Shown: positions 1-12,578 of the stretch, in pieces
Layout of the letters: every line of letters starts with the position of its first letter
How positions within the stretch are numbered: position 1 is the first letter of the stretch
From: Chara braunii
Lineage: Eukaryota; Plantae; Charophyceae
NCBI GenBank assembly: GCA_003427395.1
Contig: BFEA01000024.1
Span: 5,530,721 to 5,594,720 of the forward strand
DNA length: 64,000 nucleotides
Reading direction: 5' to 3'
Position numbers and translations under genes: made by a program
Notes under the pieces: generated by a model
Told to the model about the DNA's origin: nothing
The model's database searches: none
The model's input: only the letters and a program-made list of their open reading frames with translations

Positions 1-2435
1 TATCCGTAGTTGGATAATCGGGGCACCTCGGATCGCTGGTTGTGGCGCAGTGAAACTCCCTGGGCACAATCGATTCTCGGTTAAGCAAGGGAATTCCGGG
101 TATCTCTGCCTAATACATTTTCTCACCCAAGGGTCGAAGTACTCCGAATCCCAAGAGCTCGACATCTTATCATTGCAGTGTGATGGAATCTTCTCACACG
201 CGCCTAATCGGCAGGGGGAATTTCCGATGTGATATCGAAAATTCTTATTCGTTTAGGTGCGTGGGGGAAGGAAAATTCCCGCCTACCCGATGTTGAAGGT
301 GTCAAGTTCATCAATGGTTGCAAATCGGCGCGCGTGGATATGTGTAGGCTGTGCAGATCAGATCGCGAGGTATTTGCTTGTTTTTGGACAAACAGCTACC
401 CAATCATATAATCACTCCGTGATCCGCACGCAATCATTCCTGAGCTGTGAGGCATTGTGGCAACAACGGGGGTTCAAAAAGAATAAACAGTAACGGAAGC
501 AGTAATGGCGACTACGCAGAAGTTTCTACTATGCTCACGAGTGTATCAAAAGGACAAGCAAAGGCAAAGACCAGACAAAAGAAATGCAAATAGACATAAC
601 ATCCATTCATCCATTCATTCGACATAACACACGATAAATGAGATCGAGACCAGTCGCAAAAATGAGTGTGGGCGGAAACCAAACCAAGGTTTCGAAAACA
701 AAAGAAAACGGGCGAATCGCCCTGAGCCGAGATCAAAATTTATATACAAAAGCGAGGGAGCGAAGACAAAGAAACTTGCAAATCCACGTCCATCAACCTC
801 AGCTCCCTCTCTCTCTCTCTCTCTTTCTCCGATGTGGATAGTCCGTCGTCACGCACCAACCCACGAAGTCGTCACCCCGCTTAGTCCTCCCGCACCCATC
901 AGATTCTCCCGCGCCCACACTCCCTCGTGGTCTGCGTCAATCCGCGCGTTCGGCACCAACCCGTGGGGTCGCTCGACTCCAACTTCAACTCACCTCTTAC
1001 TTCGCTCGCGAGCCGACCCTCACTGATCGCGCTTCCCGAGCTTCCAACAACTGGTTAAGAGAGCTATCTAATCGCGCAGCCGGAATTTACAGCGTGCATG
1101 CATGCGCGAAGAACACGGAATTGCAAGGACTTAGAAAGGAGATTAGGAGAGGGAGCGCCTGCGTTCTGCATGACTAGATCGCGGCGTGGGGGACGTAGCC
1201 ACTGACCAGATCGCGGCGTGGGGGACGTAGCCACTTTCCACGCATCGATCTGAGCATGCAAGCCGCGGGCTAACTAGGTATAGCGAAAGGAGGAAAAGGG
1301 CAAGCGGGAAAGACAAAGTTTATGAAGAAAGATACAGTTACAATGGCGCCCGCCCAAAATTACAGTTACACACACGATTAAGGGCGCCGACTAATCAGAG
1401 TTCCGTTGCGGCCGCAAAAAACGAGCGAGTAAGCAAAAAACGCCGCGCGGCAAAAGAAAATTCTAAATTTCAAAATTCCAAAATTCCTATTTAATGTAGA
1501 AAAAGCGAAAAGCATGAATTCCGAAAAGAAAGTCCGAAATTCCGAGAGCCATTGGGGTTCGACAAGATTAAAAAAAGGAAAATTCAAAAAGAACGAAGCA
1601 AAAATTCCCGCGCCGAAAAGGAAGTCTGAAATTCCGAAAGCCATTGGGGCTCGACAAGATTAAAAAAATGAAAATTCAAAAAGAATGAAGCAAAAATTCT
1701 CGTGTGGTTTTCCGCGCCTAAAATCCAACAACAGGAAAATGAATGTTGTCAACCAGAATTATTTGCGCGCTCGCGGCGGCGCATCGCCATCAATCATCCC
1801 CGGGACTTGCCCGGTCCTGAACCCAGCCATCTCAAAAGAGACGACGCAAAAAAACGAAGAAGGGAGGACACTGATGCAATTTCCCTTCAATCCCGATCTC
1901 CTGTGATTGGCCCATCCTTCCCAGCTTAGTTGCTACCTCGCAGAAAATCGCGCGGAACAGAAATCAGTTCGTCACATATGTGACGCCCAGGGGGTTCCAA
2001 TCTCGANNNNNNNNNNNNNNNNNNNNNNNNNNNNNNNNNNNNNNNNNNNNNNNNNNNNNNNNNNNNNNNNNNNNNNNNNNNNNNNNNNNNNNNNNNNNNN
2101 NNNNNNNNNNNNNNNNNNNNNNNNNNNNNNNNNNNNNNNNNNNNNNNNNNNNNNNNNNNNNNNNNNNNNNNNNNNNNNNNNNNNNNNNNNNNNNNNNNNN
2201 NNNNNNNNNNNNNNNNNNNNNNNNNNNNNNNNNNNNNNNNNNNNNNNNNNNNNNNNNNNNNNNNNNNNNNNNNNNNNNNNNNNNNNNNNNNCTGATGCAA
2301 TTTCCCTTCAATCCCGATCTCCTGTAATTGGTCCATCCTTCCCAGCTTAGTTGCTACCTCGCAGAAAATCGCGCGGAACAGAAATCGGTTCGTCACATAT
2401 GTGACATATGTGACGCCCAGGGGGTTCCAATCTTA
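1..2435 (-). repeat. Left (3') LTR-like long direct repeat; runs off the window edge and its inner boundary is uncertain
   Basis: 1-~1360 matches 11228-12573, and ~1094-1775 matches 14373-14938. Internal short duplications at 1174-1235, 1517-1700, and 1871-2005/2292-2432 (across a gap). No clear TG..CA ends or PPT found. Confidence 0.65.
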
Positions 2436-2543
2436 AGCAAGCTCCTGCTTGCTTGAATCTTGACACGTGTCGATCTCTTTAATCGATCGACATGCGGAGC
2501 TTTCTAAGTTGCCACTTACCGTGTGAAGGAGCACGCACACCAT

Positions 2544-3056
2544 TCAACTGATCATCAATGTCCACCGGGGAGGGGAAAGGGGAGACGATATATGAGGGCA
2601 TGGCGAGGGGGAACTTTCCATCCTCGCCACCGTTTCCGGAAGCTCCTGATATCGGACGATCCGGTGGAAACGGGGGAAGCGATTACCACTGTGGGGGAGG
2701 GAGACGAGGTAATCGGGATACAGAGTGGCGAAGGTTCGGAAGAGTGCCGCACGGAAATGGTCGTAGTTCTCGCATGTGGGGATAGTCCCTGTAATCATGC
2801 AATAAACTTCGACGATATTGTGGCCTCGCCACGCGGCACTAAGGAGAAGGGCGTGAAGGCAGAAGTCGGGGAGGGTGCACCGGGTCGAGGGATGAGGGTG
2901 AATAGTAACAACGAGGCGAGTTGAGTAGAATAATCGGAAGGTATCGATGGGGAAGGGGTTACGGGGGAAGGTGACACGGGTGGTAATTTGGCGGAGGGTG
3001 AGATGGTCAAGGGGACGACGGGACAACGACCAGGGACGAAGCCCGATGGCCTGCAT
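2544..3056 (-). CDS. Possible further retroelement-borne ORF (ORF4), function unknown
   Basis: 170-codon open frame with a globular-looking C-terminal half (LLLSAAWRGHNIVEVYCMITG...YDHFRAALFRTFATLYPDY). The true start is uncertain because the 5' part overlaps the end of ORF3. Confidence 0.4.
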   Translation of the reverse strand: MQAIGLRPWSLSRRPLDHLTLRQITTRVTFPRNPFPIDTFRLFYSTRLVVTIHPHPSTRCTLPDFCLHALLLSAAWRGHNIVEVYCMITGTIPTCENYDHFRAALFRTFATLYPDYLVSLPHSGNRFPRFHRIVRYQELPETVARMESSPSPCPHISSPLSPPRWTLMIS

Positions 3057-4546
3057 CAGTACGGGCTCGAACTAATGGACGGTCGGAGGTGGGGGGGAGG
3101 GGGATCGGCTTCGTCGCCGCCTTGCTGATGCGCTCGAAGTCTCGGCCGTTGGGTCTCTATCTTCGGGCTTGGGCGGCTCCGGATCTCGGGCCGGATCGTC
3201 AGCGATCTGCAAATTTGCTCCGTTGGCGAATTCCAGTTGTCGCTTTCCGGCCGCGATCTCCTCTCCCTTGCGCGCTGCCTCGAGGTCCTCTGCCTGAGCG
3301 TCCGTTTGTTCCGCCTCCTCTGCCGAGATCTCCCACTCAGATTCTTCCAGCTCTAGCTCTTCCTCTTCTTCTTCCTCCTCCTCACTCTGCTGTGTTCACT
3401 ATAACTCCCCTCTTCCGGTGTCTCTTCCTTGTCGTCCTCCTCAACAGCTTCTTCTTCTTCTTCTTCTTCTTCTTCTTCGATCGCTAACTCCTCGTCTTCA
3501 GAGGCCGTTCAATCCTGGAAGAAAGCGAGGTCGATTATCTCCCGTGGGTCTAGATATCCCCGCTGCGATGGCGGGTTGCGGCCGCTTCCCGACTCCTCCA
3601 GGCATGCTGACCATTGAAGGTACGACGTCAGCGTTCGTGTGAGGACGTGTGGGACTGGGCTCTTATCGCTCTGCGAGACGATCTCAAGGGAGAGATCGTC
3701 AAGCAACTGCGCGAGAGGAACTGTGAGTTCTTGCACGATCAGCTGGCGATGGCCGGGCTGCACCGATCCGAACAGGAATCCGAGAAGATCGCCCTCCACG
3801 TCCGTCCTCCAAGCCTAGATGATCAGCAACTCCAAGTACTCGATCCAAGCGCGATGCTCTTCGTCCCCTGTCCACGTGAGTCGCACTTTGACTAGGCACA
3901 CCAAAAGATCGACGAAGTGTTCACACCAGAGCCTCCACTGCCTTGGATCGAGGAGGTGGACAGCGAGCGGCTCCAAACAGAAAGAGAAGCGAGGGTGAAG
4001 ACCAAACTGCGAAAAGGTGGGAAAGAGAGATGGAAGGGCGAAGGTGGAGAGTTGGGAGCGGTTCATTGGGGACACTGGAAGGGGATAAAGTTATGGAAGC
4101 ACCACGGCCGGCTCGCGCTGGGACGCTCAAATCCCACCAAGATCGATGTCGTCCATAGGGACAAGATTGTCCCCGTGGCGTGTGAGCCAATGGTTCCACT
4201 CCGCTGCCAATTGTTGTCCCCACTCCCTTAGTGACGTCCGGATAGTTGTATGCTGCAACGGACTGATCGTGCTGATCTCGCCGCTGAAGGCGACAACTGT
4301 GGACACGTGTCTGATCCCTGGAGCTGACCGCCGATGGACAACTACTGCCTCTGCCAGCACAACCGCTTGGTGACGACCCGCGAATCGGAACTCGGGTGCT
4401 ATATATACCCCCGAAGTGCAGAAGAATTGCGCGAGTCGTAGAAGATCCAAATTGAACCGCGGATGATGAACCTGCCGAATCATTGAGATGTAGCATCGTG
4501 GCGCTAGCAGATGATCGCCGAGAGCTCGCTCCGTAAGAAAACTCAT
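3008..4546 (-). pseudogene. Extra ORF3 of the Gypsy element (about 510 codons, acidic E-rich and SR-rich C-terminus), function unknown
   Basis: ORF pieces 4127-4546, 3815-4075 and 3509-3799 share one frame and are broken only by point stops. After small frameshifts it continues through poly-Glu to ...RARTDAGHRASSLVVVPSSP*. A second partial copy is at 12579-13345. Confidence 0.75.
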
Positions 4547-6270
4547 GGCGATGGTGGCGGGGATGGATTATGGGAAAAGGCGAGAAATGCAGGGGAGGAA
4601 GAAAGCGATGGAGAGTCGTTGTCTTCTTCCCTAGCCAAGGAAGAGGAAGAGGGTGCAGGAGATGGGGAGGAAGGGAGGGGACGCAGGTAAGACACGCGGC
4701 GAATGATCGGTCGCGCCGATCGGGTTCCCGAGACCTCCGGCACGAGGCGCACGGTGCTCACTCCGTTTGGTCGAAGCTCGATCACCCGGAATCGCCCGAA
4801 GAATCGTGGTGCTATCTTACCTTGGCGAGCACATTTCCTCACCTGCACCAAGTCCCCTAATTTGAACTGGGGCCCTGGACCCGCATTCCCGTTCCGGACC
4901 TCGTAACTACGGACCTGTCGGTCGTGGGCCAACTCGGTCATTTTCTGGCGCTTTCGGATTAATCGAGGCAGGGACCTTTCCACCAATTCCATGTGTCGCT
5001 TGGCCTTGTCGCGAACCATGGCCCTGGTGGGCCGTCGGTTCAGCGAAGATTCGTCCGAGAGGCTTGGTATTAAAACGCATGCCAGGCTATTGGTCCTTAA
5101 TTGAAAAGGGCTCAGGCCCGTCAATTCGTGGGGCGTCCCTCGATGGACCGCCAGGATGTGATCTACGATATCGGGTCAGGGCGTGGGGTCCCACGCGTCG
5201 ATATTGCGTCGTAGCGTAGTCTTTATCACCCTATTTGCATTTTCTACCAGCCCATTAGATTGCGACATATGGGGTGTGGTATTCCGAATAGCGACGTCAT
5301 GTACGACCAAATTCCTCAAGACTTCTTCCCTGAATTCTACCCCATTATCGGTCAGAATTTCCTCCGTGTCCTGGTGCATCCCTAAAAACCGATTGACGTA
5401 TCACGCAATTTCGGCCGCCTGTCGAGTACGACAACGATACGCCTCGATCCATTTCGAAAAATGGTCCATGAATACGAGTAGGATTGAATATTCACAACTA
5501 TTGGGTCCAGGGGGCACCACAATATCGGTGGTGTCCATGCTAACCCTTTGAAAAGACCGCTCAACTACCGTCGGTACTATTGATCTTGGCGGCTGAATCG
5601 GCGCCTTGTCTGCAGAGCAGACCTGACAGTTCGCGACGATGAACTTCACATCGTCGCGAATATTGGACCAATACCACTCATTTTTGTCGATTGTCGCCTC
5701 CGTGATCCGTACGGCAAAACGGCCAGTTGTTTCCTCGTGCGCTGTCTTCACCCAGTCATACCTCATGAACGGGTGCGGCACTACCATCCGAATCCCACTA
5801 CCATCCGTTTTCCGGTTTTCCAGCCGTCCCTCATTCCAGAGGTAGTCCCAAGCCCTTTCATTGGCCCTCCTCCGATTTGCCTTGGTGAAGTCCTGGAGGG
5901 GGTTACCCACTATGGTAGCAATCAAGGCAACATCCATCCATACCTCGGCCCTTCTAAACCTCTGGGTCTTTTCTAACCCTTCTGATGTGGCGTCTAAAAA
6001 GCGAGCCTCGGTCGGGATTTTATCAATCCGGCACAAGGGGCACAACCAAGGCTTACTATCATTTCGACATTGGATGCACGAGCCGTGGGCTCGTGCGACA
6101 CACTGTCGACAATCTATCCATTCCGCATATCCCTCCCCGCTAGGGCGCATAGAGACCGAGTATACGCGAGAAATCGCTTCTCAAATATAACAAAATTTAT
6201 CAGGCAGGGAGAGGAGAGATGAGGAGGAGAGGGGAGAGAGGGGAGTTGTAGGATTACCTCCGTCACCCAT
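4543..6270 (-). pseudogene. PHD-finger plus retroviral-type integrase ORF (frameshifted)
   Basis: ATG at 6270 gives MGDGGNPTTPLSP...FCYI*EAISRV...WIDCRQC..AHGSC...WLCPLC (C4HC3, one Cys replaced by a stop). This is followed by the Zn-binding H..CQVC, the core SMDTTD / LTDNGVEF / SNGLVE (D,D35E) and a C-terminal GDLVQVR..PRFFGRFRV (GPY/F-like) region. Confidence 0.85.
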
Positions 6271-7010
6271 GACCACCTGCCTGCTTCTTGCCACGTGGAA
6301 GGACTGGCACTTGTTCGTACTTGGGCCTGTTCGCCGATTCCAGTTCCTTCCACGGGATGATCTCTTCCGCCTTAGGCACTTTAGCTGATCGATGCAGACG
6401 TGTCAGTCCGTCCGCGTTGTCGTGCCTCTCCGTCTTTCCATGGATGATGTTGAAGTCGTATTCCTGTAAGCGCACCGCCCAACGTCCAATCATGCCTGTG
6501 TAGTTAGTGAGTCGCTTCAACACTAGCAAGGGCTCGTGATCGGTGACGAGGAAAAACTTCTGACCGTACAAAGACAGATGAAAGTGTTGAGTCCCCCAGA
6601 CCACTGCGTAGCACTCGCCTTGTGGGGCCGAATCGTTTCTCCGTTCGTCTGACACCGTGCGGGACATATATTCAATGACGCGTTCGCGGTCGTCGTTCCC
6701 CTTCTGCGCCAAAATAGCGAAAATAGCCTTTGGCTGCCAGTCCGTGATGAGAATGAACTACTTCGTGGAGTCCGGCCGGATTAAAATAGGTGTCGTTGCC
6801 AGAGCGTCCTTGATGGTCGCGAAGGCCCGTCCGCACTCCGCGTCCCAACTAAGGGGCTGGTCCTTTCGTAACTGGTTTGTTAAGGGTCGTGCAATCGCGG
6901 CGAAGCCCTTGATGAAACGACGATAGTACGAGGCTAATCCCAAGAAGGCTTGAACCTGTGTAAGTTACGTGGGAACAGGAGCTTCCTTCACCGCCGCGAC
7001 CTTTCTCGAA
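6263..7010 (-). pseudogene. pol: RT connection / RNase H of pol
   Basis: Motifs FLGLASYYRRFIKGFA, TDW, ECYAVVWG, LVTDHEPL, RWAVRLQEYDF, NADGLTR. Confidence 0.9.
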
Positions 7011-7730
7011 TCAGGCCGTAGTCCTCCACGTGTCACGACGTAGCCCGAGAACGAGATTTTCGAAAGGAAAAATTCGCTCTTTTCGAGCGCGATCTTCCTT
7101 TAGAGCACCCAACGTCCACTCGATATATTGTGCATGCCCGTGATAGGTCTCCGAATAAACTAGGATGTCGTCCATGTATACGATGACGCAGAAGTTGATC
7201 ATTCCCTGTGTTAACCGCGTCTTTTTGACGAAGTTCTGAAATGTGACATTCATGGTTCGCTGAAACGTAGCGGGCGCGTTGCAAATCCCCATCGGGCACC
7301 GAACCCATTGCCACGTGCCTTCAAACAGTACAAAGGCCGTCTTCGGCCGATCTTCCTCCTTAACTAGAATGTGATGGAAGCCGTGCCGAATATCAAACTT
7401 ACTTAAATAATTAGCACATCCAATCGCATCAAGAGAATCATCAATCTGGGGGAGGGGATACACATCTTTGATCGTGATGTCATTCAGTTTGCGATAATCA
7501 ATGCATATGCGAATCGATCCGTTCTTTTTCGGTACTAATACTACCGGAAACGACCATGGTCTGGTGGCAGGTTTGATCCAACCGCTTGCTTCAAATTCTC
7601 GAATTCGTTCGAGAGCCTTTCTCCGTTCTACCAGGGAATATCTGTAAGGTTTACAGTGAATTGGGAAATGATTTCTTGTATGGATCTCGTGCTGTATGAC
7701 TAACGCCAGTCCAATGTATGTGTTCGTCAC
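7011..7730 (-). pseudogene. pol: Gypsy reverse transcriptase
   Basis: Motifs PWSFPVVLVPKK, RICIDYRKLN, YPLPQIDD, PMGICNAPATFQ, VYMDDIL. Confidence 0.95.
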
Positions 7731-8515
7731 ACTAATCGCTCCTTTGTACTCCTTTAGAATGCCATTAGGTGGTGAATCTCATTAGGTACATATCGAGGTA
7801 CGTGCAACTAATACGACTCATCCCATATACTCACATCGATGTGTTTTGTATTCACCCGCTTGACATTTTCTGGTGGGGGTGTGGAGATGAACGAGTTATC
7901 TGATCGCCAGGAGAACACCGTGGTCATCATCTGTGCATCTTGTTCTCCAGGTGTTACCCCGTCTCGAATGTCTTGCCACGGCACAAGTTTCGTTGCAATC
8001 TTGATCCCGAGCCCGTTCTCGAGGCGCTCAGGGGGTTCCAAAGAGTTGATCTCTGCCCCCAATCGTAACAATCGAATTTCTCTTGCGGGTGTTAACAGAG
8101 ACTTCGGGATATCCGTGATATTGCAGTAGTGCCTTTCGTCATTGTATCGGGTGAGAAGAGGGGAGATCCCTTCGTACAGGGTTCGAGGGGGTTCCAAAGA
8201 ATCGACCATCCTTGAAATCTGTACGAGAGGTTCTCCCATAATCATAGCCTGTGTTCTTTGCAAATCTTGGTTGGTCCTGCTCAACGCTTTAGCATTTGTC
8301 CGTTGCACGGGATAATGGATACGTTCTTGTGCCATCTCCGGGATTACGGGATCATTATCATCATCGTTGTTGTCTGCGTCCTTGGATGTCTGCCCGTTGT
8401 CCCAGGTAATAATGCGAAGGGTTCCCGTGATCGCGGGAGAAACTCGTGGGGCTATGTTAGCGGTAGTACGAAGGGTCAGTCTCATTGGTACAACATAGGG
8501 TTTCGCACCCATATT

Positions 8516-8851
8516 TCAGAGGACAATCGATCGTCTTTCGAAGTCCAGATTGGCTCGTAGTGCTACCAGGGCGGGAAGGACAAAAAGGGCGTCGTAAGTA
8601 TTGACATCTAATACTACGGCGTCACCCAAAGCATGCACCTTTCCTAATCGAAAAGCAACGTTGGTCATTCGTCCCACCGTTTTGATATTTTCTTCATCTG
8701 CCGAGACGAGCTGATATTTTTCTGTGAGCATAATAAGATCGTTCTTTCTTCCTGCTCTTTCCACTACCCATAATGAAATAGCCAACACAACGGCTCCTAA
8801 ATCGATGATAGCATTATATGGAATTCCCCATACCTCAATGTCCCATTCCAC
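8516..8851 (-). pseudogene. Retropepsin (aspartic protease) domain; catalytic motif altered (AIIDLGA)
   Basis: D-x-G motif after a hydrophobic strand, and a downstream YDALFVLP matching the D-h-h-h-G segment. Continues in frame into the linker at 7808-8512. Confidence 0.75.
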
Positions 8852-10443
8852 GGATTTCCATGGGATGGGTTAATCCGCAGGAAGTGATCATCTTTTTGGA
8901 TTAGTCCTATGCGCATGGGATCAGAAGTACCCGCGGCATTTTCGTCCGGTATTGGTCCTTTCGTTTTCGTGTTTGCCGTTCGGGTAAGGGCAAATCGTTT
9001 CCGGTTTGCTTTGCAGTGCTGCAACATATGTTCGTTAGCCTATTCTGATATCGAAAGCATATGGCCGATCACAAGGGGGATTCGATGATCTAAGGCTCGT
9101 ACGATATTTAGAACATCGATTTCCCCCGTGACGAAGGTGGGTCTTCCCGACTCCATCTCTCCTGGAGAAGATCGCCACTCCGCCACTTCTCGTTGTGCGG
9201 GTCTAATTGTACCGATCATCCCAAGCCCCGGGTATCCCAGTGTTACATACTGATCCAAAGGAATAAGCTCTGCAGCCTCCTCCATTGATGCTAATGTGGT
9301 TCCGCTTCCCTCTACTTCTTCCATCAATGCTCCTACCCGTCCCGGCCCGTTAGCGATTGGCACTGCAGCTACTGGTGCGGCTCCGACTCGTTGCGAGGGC
9401 CGGTGAGGGCAATCTCGGGCTATGTGCCCTGGTTGGTGACACGTGTAGCAGACATTCAGATTGTCCAGGATCCCGGCAGGAGGCGGTGCCGGAGCCAATC
9501 CGTGTTGAATCGACGTGGCACGCACTGCGATGGGTTGCATCGGTCTCATCATAGCCTCGATTCGAGCATTGTGTTCCCGTTGTTCCTTATTGCTCTCCTG
9601 AATCAAATTAACCAATGTTTTTGTTAGTTCGAGCAAGGCGGTCAAATCGTTTGATCGTGCGGGATTTTCGATCGGCGGTGGGGGCACTGCCATCACGGGA
9701 GCGGGTACGTTTGCAATCACACTTGGAACCGATCGTTTAGGGGTGATCTGCTCTAGATAGGTGACCGGGCCAAATACAAATCCCATGTTTTCGAATTTGT
9801 TTTGCAACGCGGTCAGCTCAACCTTAGTCCTTGCTAGTTCAGACGAGTCTCCTTCCCTAAGGTAATCCTCTCCTTCTAGGAAACTCGCAACAAATTTTCT
9901 TTCCATTTCTTTTGCGGCTGCCATGATCTGTTGCATCGTGTTATTGATGGGGGAGAACTGTTTTCGCAGTTTCGCCCTCATCGTTCGGCTGCGAAGTCCG
10001 TCAATGAACAAATCTCTTCTTACTTGCTCCCCTCGCTCCGTTTTTACGAACATTCGGTAAAACTGGTTTCGATATTCCGTAACAGATTAAAGAGGTTTTT
10101 GAACTCGATCTTTAATCATAAAGAACGCTTGTTCTGGATGGATATAATCAAACCGATTCAGAAAATCTCGCTCGAAAGTTGGAAGATCCACCCATACATA
10201 GGTATTAAACTAATGATGGGCGTCCCCTCCTAATCGAGTGGGAATGTTCACCTGAGCTTCGTTATCGTCATACTGCTGAGCGCGGAGTGTGGCTAGCCAT
10301 GCTCCAACAAGATGGTGTGCAGGATCAAACAGATAGAGGTCAGGGGCCGTCATGGGAGCCCGTGCTCGTGGTGCGGGTTGATTAGGATTCTGCTGGGGAT
10401 TTGGGTTTTGTTGTTGATTCGGATTCTGCGGGTTAGCATTCAT
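8797..10443 (-). pseudogene. gag: gag with CCHC zinc knuckle
   Basis: ORFs 10210-10443, 9040-10053 and 8797-9027 share one frame. CYTCHQPGHIARDC knuckle; DLFIDGLRS gag-like motif. Confidence 0.88.
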
Positions 10444-10576
10444 ATTGACCGTCCGTCGAGCCGCAGACCGGATTTTGGTGACGACGGGATCACGTCGATG
10501 CGCGTTTCGGGGTCGGGGTCGTCCCCTGTTAGCCAGATCGCCCAGCTATGAGTCCTAGAACCCTGCCACGTGTCGG

Positions 10577-10588
10577 ACTCCAATACCA
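10577..10588 (-). promoter_or_regulatory. Candidate primer-binding site (tRNA-iMet-like)
   Basis: Minus strand reads TGGTATTGGAGT vs the canonical TGGTATCAGAGC (9/12), about 135 nt upstream of the gag ATG. It is not preceded by a clear CA LTR end. Confidence 0.4.
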
Positions 10589-11135
10589 ACCTCACGCCCA
10601 ATGCGACTTACTGATCGGAGTGGGATGTGGGCCTGGAAGTGCGAAAAGGGGTGTGCCAAGGATTTTTGGGAAAGTGGGGGTGGAGTCCCAGGTCAGAACT
10701 GAGATCTCATGTGGCAAAGTTTCACGGGCATAGATGCAATAAGGCTAAGGGCGAGTTTCTTCCGGTCTGTTGGCGCTCTATGTCGTGCAACATAAGGCAG
10801 ATGGCATGCGCGGTGCATTCAAGGCCGTCCGAGCCGTCTGTTTTGAGGGCGGCGGTTCGGGGAGAGGTCTGCCCGGGATGGCTGGGATTCTGATGAGTCG
10901 GGCCTTTGGGGCCAGCCACGTGGCATCTGCCATCGCGCGTTTGGGTTAGGCCTCTTGGTTTTAGGGGTTCGTTGGTTGCCGCGTAGCCGGCAATTTCCGC
11001 AGGGCGTGCGGGGCCAGTACGGGGCGATGGAATTCCACGGGACTACCGTGAGTTGATGATACGGGAGGAGGAGATGGAAAGGAGGGAAACGGATAGTGAT
11101 AACGACGAAACCGGGGGATATGAAGTAGTGTGAGT

Positions 11136-12573
11136 TATCCGTAGTTGGATAATCGGGGCACCTCGGATCGCTGGTTGTGGCGCAGTGAAACTCCCTGGGC
11201 ACAATCGATTCTCGGTTAAGCAAGGGNTATCCGTAGTTGGATAATCGGGGCACCTCGGATCGCTGGTTGTGGCGCAGTGAAACTCCCTGGGCACAATCGA
11301 TTCTCGGTTAAGCAAGGGAATTTCGCGTATCTCTGCCTAATACATTCTCTCACCCAAGGGTCGAAGTACTCCGAATCCCAAGAGCTCGGCATCTTATCAT
11401 TGCAGTGTGATGGAATCCTCCCATACGCGCCTAATCGGCAGGGGAATTTCCGATGTGATATCGAAAATTCTTATTCGTTTAGGTGCGTGGGGGAAGAAAA
11501 ATTCCCGCCTACCCGATGTCGAAGGTGTCAAGTTCGTCAATGGTTGTGAATCGGCTCGTGTGGATACGTGTAGGCTGCGCAAATCAGATCGCGCTTATAC
11601 GCATCCCCGCGAGGTATTCGCTTGTTTTTGGACAAGCAGCTACCCAATCATCTAATCACTCCTTGATCCGCACGCACTCGTTTCTAAGTTGTCAGGCATC
11701 GTAGCAACAACGGGGGCTCAAAAAGAATAAACAGCAATGGAAGCAGTAACGACGACTATGCAAAAGTTTCTACTATGCTCATAAGTGTATCAAAAGGATA
11801 AGCAAAGGCAAGGACCAGACAAAAGAAAAGCAAACAGACATAACATCCATTCATCCATTCATTCGACATAACACACTATAAACGAGATCGAGACCAGTCG
11901 CAAAAATGAGTGTGGGCGGAAACCAAACCAAGGTTCCAAAACAAAAGAAAAAGGGCGAATCGCCCTGAGCCGAGATCAAAATTTATATACAAAAGCAAGG
12001 AGGGAGAGAAGACAAAGAAACTTGCAAATCCACGTCCATCAACCTCAGCTCCCTCTCTCTCTCTCTTTCTCCGATGCGGACAGTCCGTCGTCACGCACCA
12101 ACCCACGAAGTCGTCACCCCGGTTACTCCTCATGCACCCGTCAGATTCGCCCGCGCCCACAGTCCGTCGTGGCCTGCGTCAACCCCGTGCGTTCAGCACC
12201 AGCTCGTTGGGTCGCCCGACTCCCACTTCAACTCACCTCTTACTTTGCTCGCGAGCCGATCCTCACTGATCGTGCTCCCCGAGCTTCCAACAACTGGTTA
12301 AGAGAGCTATCTAATCGCGCAACCGGAATTTATAGCGTGCATGCATGAGTGAAGAACACTGAATTGCAAGGACTTAGAAAGGAGATTAGGACAGGGAGCG
12401 CGTGCGTTCTGGATAACCAGATCGTGGCGAGGGGGACGTAGCCAGTCTCCACGCATCGATCCGAGCATGCAGGCCGCGGGTTAACTAGGCACAGTGAAAG
12501 GAGGAAAAGGAAAAGCGGGAAAGACGAAGTTCATGAAGAAAGATATAGTAATAATGGCGCCCGCCCAAAATTA
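11136..12573 (-). repeat. Right (5') LTR-like repeat, first part
   Basis: Colinear, moderately diverged match to 1-~1360. Probably extends left toward ~10590. Confidence 0.75.
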
Positions 12574-12578
12574 TGGCG

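Noticed and set aside
3054-3058. TGATG stop-start coupling between ORF3 and ORF4
   Set aside because: The TGA is not in the frame that most plausibly ends ORF3 (…VVVPSSP* at ~3008), so the overlap is probably coincidental.
3614-4231. Plus-strand ORFs inside the Gypsy element
   Set aside because: Antisense shadows of ORF3, whose minus frame is continuous over a much longer span.
10890-10930. Hammerhead ribozyme core (CTGATGAG)
   Set aside because: No stem II followed by GAAA and no stem III/UH cleavage site.
11136-11318. 91-bp tandem duplication in the LTR
   Set aside because: Identical copies separated by a single N, starting at the same base as the window; this is an unmerged contig overlap.
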